DNA of 64,000 nt from Verrucomicrobiia bacterium (lineage in GTDB: Bacteria; Verrucomicrobiota; Verrucomicrobiia; Palsa-1439): positions 28,284 to 92,283 of the forward strand of contig JBEKBH010000001.1 in the NCBI GenBank assembly GCA_050015495.1, given 5' to 3'. The stretch's first letter is position 1, and the number at the start of each line of letters is the position of its first letter. Shown piece after piece: positions 9,076 to 18,410 of this stretch. The notes beneath the pieces were generated by a model. The model did no database searches, was not told the DNA's origin, and saw only the letters and a program-made list of their open reading frames with translations. The translations under genes and the position numbers were made by a program.

Positions 9076-9423
9076 ATGGCTGACTGGGAGATTTTGCCAA
9101 AGGAAGAGTCCGTGTCGCCTGCGGACGAACCGCGGGTGCCGGTCCGGCGCAAGGCGCGGCTCATCGCGGCATTCGCCGTCGCCGCGGTCTCGGACATTCT
9201 CTCGGCGGCGTTCGAATTCGTGCCGCCGATCCAGTGGATACTCGACATCGTCACCGCCGCAGCGCTGTTCTTCATCCTCGGCCGGCAATGGATCATTCTT
9301 CCCGCGTTGATCGCTGAAGCCATTCCCGGGTTGGCCGTCTTCCCCTTCTGGCTGCTGGTCGTTGGCTCGATCGCCCTCTGGGGGACGGTCAAACCCTTGC
9401 GCCGTCAACCGCCCCGCACGTAA
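9076..9423 (+). CDS. Hypothetical small membrane protein (~115 aa, 2-3 predicted TM helices)
   Basis: It starts at the MADWEIL ATG. Hydrophobic segments include LIAAFAVAAVSDILSAAF, ILDIVTAAALFFILG and LAVFPFWLLVVGSIALW. Confidence 0.4.
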   Translation: MADWEILPKEESVSPADEPRVPVRRKARLIAAFAVAAVSDILSAAFEFVPPIQWILDIVTAAALFFILGRQWIILPALIAEAIPGLAVFPFWLLVVGSIALWGTVKPLRRQPPRT

Positions 9424-9526
9424 CTTTAAGTGCGCGCACCGCACTCATTCGCGGCAAGGCCGCGAAGGGGAGTTGCCTTTCGGCCGGGCTTTCGGTAGAA
9501 AATGGAGACGGAGAGGCAACGGATCT

Positions 9527-11857
9527 ATGGCGATGACCAACTCATACAAATGGCGTTTCTTTCGCGCGGGCGGATTCGACCAGGTGAAGCTGGACCGGGG
9601 CGCCGACCTCGCCCATCTCGACGAACTCGACCAGAAACTGTGGGTCGCGCTGGCCTGTCCCACACGCGGGATCGAGTTCGACACGAAAACGCTCGACCTC
9701 GTCGACACGGACAAGGACGGTCGGATTCGCGCCCCGGAAATCATCACGGCGGCGAAATGGGCCGCCGGTTGCCTCAAGAACCCCGACGATCTGTTGAAGT
9801 CGTCCCCGGCCCTGCCCTTGGCCGCCATCAACGACGCGACGCCCGAAGGCAAAACCTTGTTGTCGTCCGCGCGCCAAATCCTCTCCGATCTCGGCAAGAA
9901 AAACGCGACGGAAATCACGGTCGAGGACACGGCAGACACGACCAAGATCTTTTCGCAGACCAATTTCAATGGCGACGGCATCATTCCCGTCGATGCCGCG
10001 GCCGACGACGCCACCAAGGCGGTCATCACCGACATCATCAACTGTCTCGGCGCGGAAACCGACCGCAGCGGCAAGCCGGGCATCAACCAAGCCAAGCTCG
10101 ACCAGTTTTTCGCGGACGCCGCGGCCTATTCGGATTGGTGGAAGAAAGCCGAGGGCGACCTGAACGTGCTGCCGCTTCGCGACGCGACTCCCGCCGCCGC
10201 CGCCGCGCTCGCTGCCGTGAAAGCGAAAATTGACGATTACTTCGCCCGCTGTCGCCTGGCCGCGTTCGATCCGCGCGCGCTCGGCGCGCTCAACCGTGAA
10301 GAAAAAGAATACCTCGTACTGGGCGCCAAGGACCTTACCACCGGGTCGGCGGAAGTGGCCGGGTTTCCGCTGGCGCAGGTCGGTGCCGACCGTCCACTGC
10401 CGTTGCGCGCCGGAGTAAACCCGTCGTGGGCAGCAGCGCTGACACGATTTCAAGCGGAGGTTGTCAAACCGTTGGTCGGCGACAAAACGGCGCTGACCGA
10501 AGCGGATTGGGCGACTGTCCTTGGCAAATTTGCGGCCTACGACGCGTGGGCCGCCAGCAAAGCCGGCGCGTCGGTCGAGAAACTTGCCATCAAGCGCGTG
10601 CGCGAGATTCTGTCGAGCAAAGCCAGGGACGCAATCGCTGCTCTAATCGCCAAGGACCAGGCATTGGAACCCGAGTTCAACTCGATTTCGGCGGTGGATC
10701 GTCTGACGCGGTACTATCGCGACTTGTACAAGCTGCTGGTCAACTTCGTTTCCTTCCGCGACTTTTACGGTCGCAAAGCCAAGGCCGTTTTCCAGGCCGG
10801 GACGCTGTACCTCGACCAGAGAAGCTGCGAGTTGTGCGTCCGCGTGGAGGACATCGCCAAGCACAGCCTGATGGCGGCGTTGAGCGGTTCGTATCTGGCT
10901 TATTGCGAGTGCACGCGCAAGAGCACGGGTGAGACGATGACCATCGCCGCGGCGTTCACCGACGGTGACTCGGACAACCTGATGGTCGGACGCAACGGCA
11001 TCTTCTACGACCGCGCAGGACGTGACTGGGACGCCACCATCGTCAAATTGGTCGACAATCCAATCAGTCTGCGCCAGGCCTTTTGGTCGCCGTACAAGAA
11101 GCTGGTGCGGATGATCGAGGAACAGGTCGCCAAGCGGGCTGCCGTAGCCGACGCGGCCACGAACACGCAGTTGGCGCAAACCGCCGAGCAGGCCGCGAAC
11201 GCCGAGAAAGCCACGACCGCCGCCGCCGCGCAGCCGACAAAGAAATTCGACGTTGGCACCGTGGCTGCCCTGGGTGTGGCGTTCGGTTCGCTCGCCACGG
11301 CATTCGGCCTGATCTTTACGAAGCTGGCCGACATCGCGCCATGGAAGCTGTTATTTGTCGTGCTCGCGGTCATTCTGGCAATCTCGCTGCCGGCCGTGAT
11401 TATCGCGGCGCTAAAGCTGCGCAAGCGCAACCTCGGCCCGATCCTCGACGCCAACGGCTGGGCGGTCAACGCCAAGGCGAGGATCAATATCCCGTTCGGC
11501 GCGTCGTTGACGGAAGTGGCGGCGTTGCCGCCGGGTTCACAGCGGGATTTGACCGACCCGTTTGCCGAGAGCCACGCGGGACGCAATAAATTGGCCGTGG
11601 TACTCGTGCTGTTGGGAGTGTTGTGGAGCATGTGGTATTTCGGCTGCGTGTTGAACTATCTCCCGCAAGGCCTGCAAGACGCGTTGCCGAAATCGGGTTA
11701 CGTCCTGCGCAAGGAAAAACGCATGGCGGAAGCACAAGCCCGGGCCGCCGCTGCTGCAGCGACTCAAGCCCCCACACCGGTGCCGGCACCCGCTCTGCCG
11801 CCTCCACCCACGCCTCCGCCCGCACCGGCTCCCGCACCGGCACCAGCAACGCCATAA
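9527..11857 (+). CDS. Large hypothetical protein (776 aa) with canonical EF-hand Ca-binding loop, C-terminal TM helices and Pro/Ala-rich tail
   Basis: The start is MAMTNSYKWRFF. The 12-residue loop DTDKDGRIRAPE fits the EF-hand consensus D-x-D-x-DG-x-I-x-x-x-E. A second degenerate loop is NFNGDGIIPVD. Two TM segments lie near residues 610-640 and 700-720. The C-terminus is PTPVPAPALPPPPTPPPAPAPAPAPATP. It matches no family I can name. Confidence 0.55.
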   Translation: MAMTNSYKWRFFRAGGFDQVKLDRGADLAHLDELDQKLWVALACPTRGIEFDTKTLDLVDTDKDGRIRAPEIITAAKWAAGCLKNPDDLLKSSPALPLAAINDATPEGKTLLSSARQILSDLGKKNATEITVEDTADTTKIFSQTNFNGDGIIPVDAAADDATKAVITDIINCLGAETDRSGKPGINQAKLDQFFADAAAYSDWWKKAEGDLNVLPLRDATPAAAAALAAVKAKIDDYFARCRLAAFDPRALGALNREEKEYLVLGAKDLTTGSAEVAGFPLAQVGADRPLPLRAGVNPSWAAALTRFQAEVVKPLVGDKTALTEADWATVLGKFAAYDAWAASKAGASVEKLAIKRVREILSSKARDAIAALIAKDQALEPEFNSISAVDRLTRYYRDLYKLLVNFVSFRDFYGRKAKAVFQAGTLYLDQRSCELCVRVEDIAKHSLMAALSGSYLAYCECTRKSTGETMTIAAAFTDGDSDNLMVGRNGIFYDRAGRDWDATIVKLVDNPISLRQAFWSPYKKLVRMIEEQVAKRAAVADAATNTQLAQTAEQAANAEKATTAAAAQPTKKFDVGTVAALGVAFGSLATAFGLIFTKLADIAPWKLLFVVLAVILAISLPAVIIAALKLRKRNLGPILDANGWAVNAKARINIPFGASLTEVAALPPGSQRDLTDPFAESHAGRNKLAVVLVLLGVLWSMWYFGCVLNYLPQGLQDALPKSGYVLRKEKRMAEAQARAAAAAATQAPTPVPAPALPPPPTPPPAPAPAPAPATP

Positions 11858-11888
11858 GTGATCGCCACGCGCTGCGCGGGCGGTTAGA

Positions 11889-13100
11889 ATGGGGAGCATG
11901 GGCAACGCAGCAACTGCCACCGATGAATTTGTCCGTCACGCGACCGAGAGTCTCGGCGACGGTTCGTTCGTGCGTCTTGTGTTGTCGCGCAGCGTCGATC
12001 CCGCCGATGCCCCCGAGAAAGTGATCGGACGGCTCGTCGAACTGAAGACGGGCCCGCATCTATCACTCACGTTTCGCTATCCAACCCGCGACACCACGAA
12101 GAATGTGCCCCTGGATCAGGCGGCGATCTGGGCGAAGGACCAGGTTGGCGTTCGGTTCCGCAGCGCGCTCCTCAACACAACCAAGCGGGATTGGCAGCTG
12201 TTTGTGGATGACTCGGGATCCGCCACGCTTGTGGCGCACAAACCCGCGAAAGCCGAAGCGCCATCTCGCGCTCACGATAGGCCGCGACAGGCAATCCTCG
12301 ATGATTCCGCGCGCGATTGGCTCCGCGGTCTGGGCGTCCTGAATGACCGGGGCAACGTTCGCCCCACCATGGCGGACAAACATGCCCAGATCAACCGGTA
12401 CCTGGAGATTTTCACGCATCTGGCGAAGGACTGCGGATGGCTGGAGCACGGGAACGGTTGTCCGACAATCGTCGATATGGGTTGCGGCAAAGGATATTTG
12501 ACATTCGGCCTGTGGCACTTGTTTGCGCGCGTGTGGAAGCGGCCCGTGAAAGTGATCGGCGTCGAAGTGCGCGAGGAATTGGTTATTTCGGCCAATGCGC
12601 TGGCGCACCAGATCGGAGCAGATGGATTGGAGTTTGCCGCAGGCACCATCGAAACTGCGCAGTTACCGGCCATCGATGCGTTGATCGCCCTGCACGCCTG
12701 CAACACGGCCACGGACGACGCCATCCGCCGCGGGGTCGAAGCGGGCGCACAATTGATTATCGTCGCGCCGTGCTGTCACAAGGAGGTGCGATCCCAACTC
12801 GGGCAGCCGGCGGCCCTCGCGGCCGTGCTCGAACACGGCCTCATGGCGGAACGGATGGCCGAATGGGCGACGGATGGCCTGCGCGCGCTGTTTCTCGAAT
12901 GGGCGGGCTATCGCACCAAGATGATCGAATTCGTTTCCACGGAACACACGCCAAAGAACCTGATGATTGCGGCGGTGCGCGACGACAAACCGTTCGTCTC
13001 GACGGACGCCCGGGCGCGCGTCGAGCAATTCAAAGAGTTCTTCGGCATCCACCACCACGCGCTGGATGAATGGCTGCGCCATGGACTGGCAGACCATTGA
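11889..13100 (+). CDS. Class I SAM-dependent methyltransferase (Methyltransf_32/METTL25-like)
   Basis: The motif I sequence is IVDMGCGKGYLTF. The blocks IGVEVREELV, ALHACNTATDDAI and IVAPCCHKE are characteristic of this methyltransferase family. Confidence 0.7.
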   Translation: MGSMGNAATATDEFVRHATESLGDGSFVRLVLSRSVDPADAPEKVIGRLVELKTGPHLSLTFRYPTRDTTKNVPLDQAAIWAKDQVGVRFRSALLNTTKRDWQLFVDDSGSATLVAHKPAKAEAPSRAHDRPRQAILDDSARDWLRGLGVLNDRGNVRPTMADKHAQINRYLEIFTHLAKDCGWLEHGNGCPTIVDMGCGKGYLTFGLWHLFARVWKRPVKVIGVEVREELVISANALAHQIGADGLEFAAGTIETAQLPAIDALIALHACNTATDDAIRRGVEAGAQLIIVAPCCHKEVRSQLGQPAALAAVLEHGLMAERMAEWATDGLRALFLEWAGYRTKMIEFVSTEHTPKNLMIAAVRDDKPFVSTDARARVEQFKEFFGIHHHALDEWLRHGLADH

Positions 13101-14049
13101 CTGGAAGGCGCTGGAACGACTGCGTGCCGCATTCCTGGACGGTACCGCGGGTGCTCGTGACTATTGGCGCAACGACCGCGATCTGGAGAGCTACGATCAG
13201 ACATTCGGCCAACGCATTCGCTGGAAATGGGACTATGTCCTGAAGGAGCTTGCGCGGCGCGGCTGGCGGCCGGCTCCGGGAGACGTGGTTGACTGGGGAT
13301 GCGGAAGCGGGATTGCCACGCGAGCATTCCTCGAACATTTCGGAGCGAAACTCCCATCGAAGCTGATTCTCTGGGACCGTTCCCCTGTGGCGATGCAGTT
13401 CGCCGCCCGCAAGGCGCGAGAAGCATTTCCCGATGTCCGCGTTTGGCTGGATCGCCCCGCCGACAGTGATTTCGGCACGCTCTTGATCAGCCACGTCCTC
13501 ACGGAGTTGTCGGAGGAGCAGACTGCGGAACTGCTCGCTCTGGGCGCGCGCGCGACGAGTGTGATCTGGGTCGAACCTGGCGCCTACGACGTCAGCCGAC
13601 GGTTGATTGCCGCGCGCGAGCGTTTACGCGCCACGTTTCAAATCGTCGCTCCCTGCACCCATCAAGCCCCTTGCGGAATGCTCACGCCCGAAAACGACCG
13701 GCATTGGTGCCATCAATTCGCACCGTCGCCGCCAGAGGTTTTCACCAACGGCAACTGGGCACGTTTTGCAAAACTGGCAGGTGTCGACCTGCGCAGTTTG
13801 CCCGTCAGCTTTCTTGTTCTCGACAAGCGACCGCCGCCGGCCCAATCCGATCCCATCCGCGTCGTTGGCCGTCCGCGCGTGTACAAGGCCCACGCCTTGG
13901 TACTCGGTTGCGACGAAGACGGGATCAAGGAATATCGGTACACCAAGCGCGACCAACCGGAAGAATTTCGCCGCCTGAAGAAAGGTGGTGTTCCATCATA
14001 CCTGCCGCGGCGCGACGACAGTCAGCCGGCCGCAAACCTTCCCCGCTAA
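13081..14049 (+). CDS. Rsm22-like SAM-dependent methyltransferase (rRNA/ribosomal methyltransferase family)
   Basis: The motif VVDWGCGSGIAT is the SAM-binding motif I. The C-terminal QIVAPCTHQAPCGML Cys-His cluster is typical of bacterial Rsm22-like proteins. The start at the MDWQTIDWKAL ATG overlaps the upstream methyltransferase by about 20 nt, and an alternative ATG lies at 13066. Confidence 0.6.
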   Translation: MDWQTIDWKALERLRAAFLDGTAGARDYWRNDRDLESYDQTFGQRIRWKWDYVLKELARRGWRPAPGDVVDWGCGSGIATRAFLEHFGAKLPSKLILWDRSPVAMQFAARKAREAFPDVRVWLDRPADSDFGTLLISHVLTELSEEQTAELLALGARATSVIWVEPGAYDVSRRLIAARERLRATFQIVAPCTHQAPCGMLTPENDRHWCHQFAPSPPEVFTNGNWARFAKLAGVDLRSLPVSFLVLDKRPPPAQSDPIRVVGRPRVYKAHALVLGCDEDGIKEYRYTKRDQPEEFRRLKKGGVPSYLPRRDDSQPAANLPR

Positions 14050-14056
14050 AAAAGAA

Positions 14057-14082
14057 CCCCCGGCAACTCGCGTTGCCAGGGG
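14057..14082. terminator. Bidirectional rho-independent terminator hairpin between convergent genes
   Basis: The stem cccccggcaac / gttgccagggg has 10 bp with one mismatch and a 4-nt loop. It is flanked by an A-tract on the left (aaaaaag) and a T-rich stretch on the right (tctgtattgtctgg). It lies between the methyltransferase gene (+) and the csp gene (-). Confidence 0.55.
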
Positions 14083-14105
14083 TCTGTATTGTCTGGAATC
14101 CTGCT

Positions 14106-14306
14106 TTATTTCGCCACGACGTTGGACGCCTTCGGTCCCTTGGGGGAATCAACCAGCTCAAACTCCACTGTTTGACCTTCCTCCAAGTTCTTGAAGCCGT
14201 TGCCAGAAATGCTCGTGTAATGCACGAACACATCGGGGCCACCCTCCTGTTGAATAAATCCAAAACCCTTTTTCGTATCGAACCACTTCACTTTTCCAGA
14301 TGCCAT
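14106..14306 (-). CDS. Cold-shock protein (CspA family, 66 aa)
   Basis: The protein reads [63 protein letters not shown]. The ATG at rc 14304-14306 is preceded by a GGAG ribosome-binding site. The longer 80-aa track ORF is an upstream extension. Confidence 0.9.
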   Translation of the reverse strand: MASGKVKWFDTKKGFGFIQQEGGPDVFVHYTSISGNGFKNLEEGQTVEFELVDSPKGPKASNVVAK

Positions 14307-14802
14307 AGCTTCTCCATCCACCTTTCTTCGTTTAGTCCTGTATGGCAAAACGCCGTTCCAAAACCTTCGGAACGGCGGTGCACTTCCAAAGACTTCGCGC
14401 GCAGTATAAAAGATGCCTTGCCCATGTCAACGCTGTAGTTGAAGCGCGCCCAACCATCTCCCAAATCAGCCCACAATCCGCGTATTCCCCTCACTCCACA
14501 GCAGTTACACCATCGGACGATTCAGGAGGTCGCGCCATTTCAGCACATCCATTTCGCCCCCTGCCAGTTGTGGGTTTTTTCACAAAAAAGCGTCGTTTTC
14601 CACTGACAATGGCTCGCCAATGCCGTCGAGCTTCAGGTGCCAACTCACTGTAAAAAAACGCATTTGCGCCTTCCAAAATTGGCCGTTCGCGTCCTCCCAA
14701 ACACAAAATCGTTCCCCCAAGCTCCCCGATCAGCGGGTTTTGCACTCCGGCACCCCCGACTCGATCCCTTGGCATCTCAGTTGCTCTTCCATCCTCATAC
14801 AT

Positions 14803-15219
14803 ATGGATTTCAAGCCTCAACCCGACACGGCGGTGCGCCCTTCCGATGCCATTGAATTCAAGGCCCTCCTGCTCGTCGATGACGACAAGCAACTCGCTTC
14901 CGCCCTCCAATGGATCCTCGCCGACGAAAATTTCCTCGTCGATGTCGCCAACGATGGCGACGAGGCCCTCATGAAGGTGCGAGCCAACGAGTACGATGCG
15001 GTCGTTTGCGACGTGATGATGCCGAAACTCCGCGGCGACGAATTCTACCTCCGAGCCCGCGAACTGCGGCCCGTCCTCGCTGATCGCTTCATTTTCATTA
15101 CGGGCTTCGCCGCCGACCCCAAGATCAATCTGTTCCTGACCCAGACCGATTCGAAGTACCTCATGAAGCCGTTCCCCATCCAGCACCTCATCAATTGTCT
15201 CAAAGAACTTCTCGAATAG
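14803..15219 (+). CDS. Stand-alone response-regulator receiver domain protein (CheY-like)
   Basis: The protein begins MDFKPQ. The receiver acidic pocket LLVDDD, the DVMMP phospho-acceptor Asp and the conserved Lys in KPF are all present. Confidence 0.8.
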   Translation: MDFKPQPDTAVRPSDAIEFKALLLVDDDKQLASALQWILADENFLVDVANDGDEALMKVRANEYDAVVCDVMMPKLRGDEFYLRARELRPVLADRFIFITGFAADPKINLFLTQTDSKYLMKPFPIQHLINCLKELLE

Positions 15220-15225
15220 TACAGG

Positions 15226-16494
15226 TCACACCAGCCACGACGGTATCGTCTCGCCCGAAACCAGGTCCTTGACCGACTCCCGACGCCGCACCAGTTCGCA
15301 CCGGCTCCCGTTCACCATCACTTCCGCCGGACGCGGCCGCGCATTGTAGTTCGACGCCATCGCCATCCCGTACGCGCCCGCGCTCATCACGGCCAGCAGC
15401 GCATCCTCCTCCACCGCCGCCACACGCCGCCCTTGGGCCAGAAAATCGCCCGACTCGCAAACCGGCCCGACGACGTCCGCCGTGATTTTCCGGCGCGCCG
15501 ACCTCTCGGCCACAGGAATGATCTCGTGATGGCTCCCGTACAGCGACGGACGAATCAGGTCGTTCATCGCCGCGTCGACAATCACAAACCGTTTCACGGG
15601 CGTCTGTTTGATGTGTACGACCCGCGTGACCAGCACGCCGCCGTTGCCGACAATGAAACGTCCCGGCTCCAATAAAATCCTCAGCCCCAGCTTCTTCACG
15701 TGCGGCGTGACCGCGCGGGCAAATTCCACCGCCGTCGGCGGACGTTCCTTTCGATACCGAATGCCGAGCCCGCCTCCCATGTCGAAGGATTGCAGCGTCC
15801 GGGGCGCAATCTCGCGCACCTGCTCGATCAATGGCGTGATTTTGCGAATCGCCAGCACGAACGGCGCGGTCTTGGTGATTTGCGAGCCGATGTGCATCTG
15901 GACGCCGCGGATTTCGATGCCGTCCAACCGCGCCGCCTGACGGTACACATCCAGGGCGTTCCGGAGCGAAATCCCGAACTTGCTTTCGTGTTTGCCCGTC
16001 GAGATGTAGTGGTGCGTGTCCGGGTCAACTCCCGGGTTCACGCGAATTGCAATCGGCGCCCGCCGGCCCATGCGTCGGGCCACCCCGGCAATCCGCCGCA
16101 ACTCCGGCTCGCTTTCCACGTTGAACATGTAGATCCCCAGTTTCAACGCGTACTCGATCTCGTCCCGCGTTTTGCCCACGCCCGAGAACACGCATTTCCT
16201 CGGATCGCCACCCGCCTGCACCACCCGATACAATTCGCCGCCGCTGACGATGTCAAAACCCGTTCCCGACCGCGCCAGCGCGCGGAGCACTGCCAGGTTG
16301 CTGTTGGCCTTGACCGCAAAACAAATCAGGTGATCGAGCGACCCCAGGGCCTTGTGCAGATCGTCGCACTGGCCCGTGATATGTCCCTGGCTGTACACGT
16401 ACAACGGCGTGCCGAATTCCCGGGCGAGACGCCGCAGCGGCACACCCTCGCAATACAACTCGCCCTTCCGGTATCGGAACGCGTTCATTGGCAT
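15226..16494 (-). CDS. lysA: Diaminopimelate decarboxylase LysA
   Basis: The 422-aa protein has the PLP site FAVKANSN. The blocks GFDIVSGGEL, HIGSQI, GGGLGIRY, EPGRFIVGN and CESGDFL match the Orn/DAP decarboxylase family. Confidence 0.95.
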   Translation of the reverse strand: MPMNAFRYRKGELYCEGVPLRRLAREFGTPLYVYSQGHITGQCDDLHKALGSLDHLICFAVKANSNLAVLRALARSGTGFDIVSGGELYRVVQAGGDPRKCVFSGVGKTRDEIEYALKLGIYMFNVESEPELRRIAGVARRMGRRAPIAIRVNPGVDPDTHHYISTGKHESKFGISLRNALDVYRQAARLDGIEIRGVQMHIGSQITKTAPFVLAIRKITPLIEQVREIAPRTLQSFDMGGGLGIRYRKERPPTAVEFARAVTPHVKKLGLRILLEPGRFIVGNGGVLVTRVVHIKQTPVKRFVIVDAAMNDLIRPSLYGSHHEIIPVAERSARRKITADVVGPVCESGDFLAQGRRVAAVEEDALLAVMSAGAYGMAMASNYNARPRPAEVMVNGSRCELVRRRESVKDLVSGETIPSWLV

Positions 16495-16620
16495 AGTGAG
16501 TTTACCAACAAGCCTTTACACCCGCAACCCTCCGCTCCGCCCCGAAGACTCTCGGGGTTGTAGCGTCCGCTGTCCCCAGCGGAATTCCCTCTTTCTCTTG
16601 CTCCTGCCCTTCCTCCCCCC

Positions 16621-16701
16621 AACTTGGCTTCGTTTTTGGCTTTGTTTCAGTAACTTTTCCACGCCGGCTTGCATAAACTTGGGTTCGTTTTGCGAAAAAC
16701 C
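16621..16701. repeat. Two tandem copies of a TTGG(C/G)TTCGTTTT-core intergenic motif; the same core recurs at 47447-47570
   Basis: The first copy is aacttggcttcgtttttggc at 16621-16640. The second is aacttgggttcgttttgcgaaaaacc at 16676-16701. The second copy is nearly identical to agcttgggttcgtttcgcaaaaacccc at 47544-47570. Confidence 0.5.
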
Positions 16702-16742
16702 ATTTTTTTGGAGGGCGAGCCTCATCCCCAGCCCCCCGCGTC

Positions 16743-16779
16743 TCCTCGCCCCTTCAGGGAGAGGATTAAGGTGAGGGGT
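16743..16779. repeat. GC-rich miniature repeat (same family as the in-frame metH copy at 5022-5059)
   Basis: The sequence ctcgccccttcagggagaggattaaggtgagggg can be compared with ctcgcccctcggggggagagggtcagggtgagggg in metH. It is intergenic, upstream of lysA. Confidence 0.6.
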
Positions 16780-17047
16780 ACTCCCGTGTCCTACGCCGCC
16801 TACCCCCATCAGCCACTTGTCCGCCTCCGGCGGATTCTCCATTAACCATTTTCTCATCGCCTATATCAAAAACCAATCCGACCCCGTAATAATATCGTAC
16901 ATCAATACCAGAGTCAAATCTAATAATCGACAGCCCACGCCGCGCTACAGCGACGCAAACCCACGTCCTTGTAACGCTGCTGATTGCGCTATCGCTGGTC
17001 TTCCTGGCGCTTGCACGGATGGCCTTGATGATGCCGGCGCGTTAGTC

Positions 17048-17908
17048 TCACGACAGAACGTCATCGGGCGAAACTTCAAGAATATCTCTGCAAAACTCTG
17101 ACATTATATTTCTACAGCGAACCATCGCTGGCTTCTCAACCGTTCCTTCGTTTGCCCACTTCGGAAATCCAAATCCAGCCTTCCACGAGGCGTTAAGAGG
17201 TAGAATCTGTCCAAATTCATCTCCCTCTTGCATGAAAACCCCTCGATAATGAATGAACTTGTAGAACATTCGCTTGTCAAATTGCCGCGTCAACGTCAGG
17301 ACGATAGTAAACGCGGGAATAATTTTTCCAGTGCCTAGGGTCTTTAGGTAAGGCGCTTCCATCGAGCCGCTTCCCGCATGAATCAAAAGTCCATTACAAT
17401 CTTCAAATGGCTTTATGAGCACACTCTCTTTTGGTAGGAATTGTGCTTTTAGCCTACGGTCCAATGTGGCACCCCCCGCTTCGTTTAGTGTGCTTTTTTC
17501 TCGGTCAAATACCGAGCATACAACCGCGAGAAGGCGCAACTCCTCAAACTTTTGTCGAGACGTGTTCGTGACCATGATTGTGCTTTTAAACGAACCTTCG
17601 CCGTGGTCGATAACTACCGAAATGGTGGGCTTGCTGGCATTCTGTATTTGTTCTTGGGTTTGTCTTATCTGCTCACGTTGCAACCACAGGGCGCAAACGA
17701 CACCAGCAAACGCTAGACCGGCAAATAGAGAATTCACTGCACCGAACATGTCTCCGAATTGTCCACGGTCAGAATAGGGTGAATTCGGATTTGGGGGAAC
17801 GAAATGCAAAATCAACAACCACGCTGACCCCCATAGTGCAATCACTACTGCGAAAACTAAAAACACCCACCAGTACCGCTTTGCAAATTCCAGTGCCTTC
17901 TTCATCAC
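17048..17908 (-). CDS. Island gene D: hypothetical 2-TM membrane protein with ~200-aa C-terminal soluble domain (candidate membrane-disrupting effector)
   Basis: The 286-aa protein has TM helices near residues 12-33 (WWVFLVFAVVIALWGSAWLLILHF) and 55-76 (FGAVNSLFAGLAFAGVVCALWL). The gene sits in a low-GC segment, 19 nt downstream of gene C. It has no motif I recognise. Confidence 0.6.
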   Translation of the reverse strand: MMKKALEFAKRYWWVFLVFAVVIALWGSAWLLILHFVPPNPNSPYSDRGQFGDMFGAVNSLFAGLAFAGVVCALWLQREQIRQTQEQIQNASKPTISVVIDHGEGSFKSTIMVTNTSRQKFEELRLLAVVCSVFDREKSTLNEAGGATLDRRLKAQFLPKESVLIKPFEDCNGLLIHAGSGSMEAPYLKTLGTGKIIPAFTIVLTLTRQFDKRMFYKFIHYRGVFMQEGDEFGQILPLNASWKAGFGFPKWANEGTVEKPAMVRCRNIMSEFCRDILEVSPDDVLS

Positions 17909-17927
17909 TTGCTCCTAACGGCTCACT

Positions 17928-18389
17928 TCAATGTGCAACAGCCTGAGCCAACTTCGTTACAAACTGTTTGAGGCAATCCTGTGGTACGAGAACGCTGAAC
18001 CCATCGTCGCCATAGAATTCGATTTTGGTAATCTCCGAGCCGTCACCATGTGGTCGGATGTCCAAGTGGGAAATGCTGTTCCTCATGCGATAGATGAGTT
18101 CGCATAGTGTTCCGTAATGTTCAGGTTTGACCTTCTCCGGGCGCTTTCCCCAATTCTTCACGAATTCAAGGTGAAATCCCCAATCTCCGAGTTGTTCGAT
18201 TGGGATAGGTGGTAGACGGTTAAATCGCCGCTCATTCGGCAGCACCAACAAACCGAGCAGGCAGTTAATCAGGAGCGTCACTTCAACTTGCTCTCGCTTT
18301 TCCACCGCGCTTTGTACGTGCGTCTCGTACTGCTGAATAATAGCGAGCGTTCTGGTGATGAAGTCTCTCTCAAACACTTCGTATTCCAT
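17928..18389 (-). CDS. Island gene C: small (153 aa) HEPN-motif protein
   Basis: The sequence LIYRMRNSISHLDIRP contains R-N-x3-H, which fits the HEPN Rx4-6H catalytic motif. The gene lies in the low-GC segment, and its size is typical of a minimal HEPN domain. Confidence 0.5.
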   Translation of the reverse strand: MEYEVFERDFITRTLAIIQQYETHVQSAVEKREQVEVTLLINCLLGLLVLPNERRFNRLPPIPIEQLGDWGFHLEFVKNWGKRPEKVKPEHYGTLCELIYRMRNSISHLDIRPHGDGSEITKIEFYGDDGFSVLVPQDCLKQFVTKLAQAVAH

Positions 18390-18410
18390 AAATGCAGTCT
18401 CGCAGCTTCA

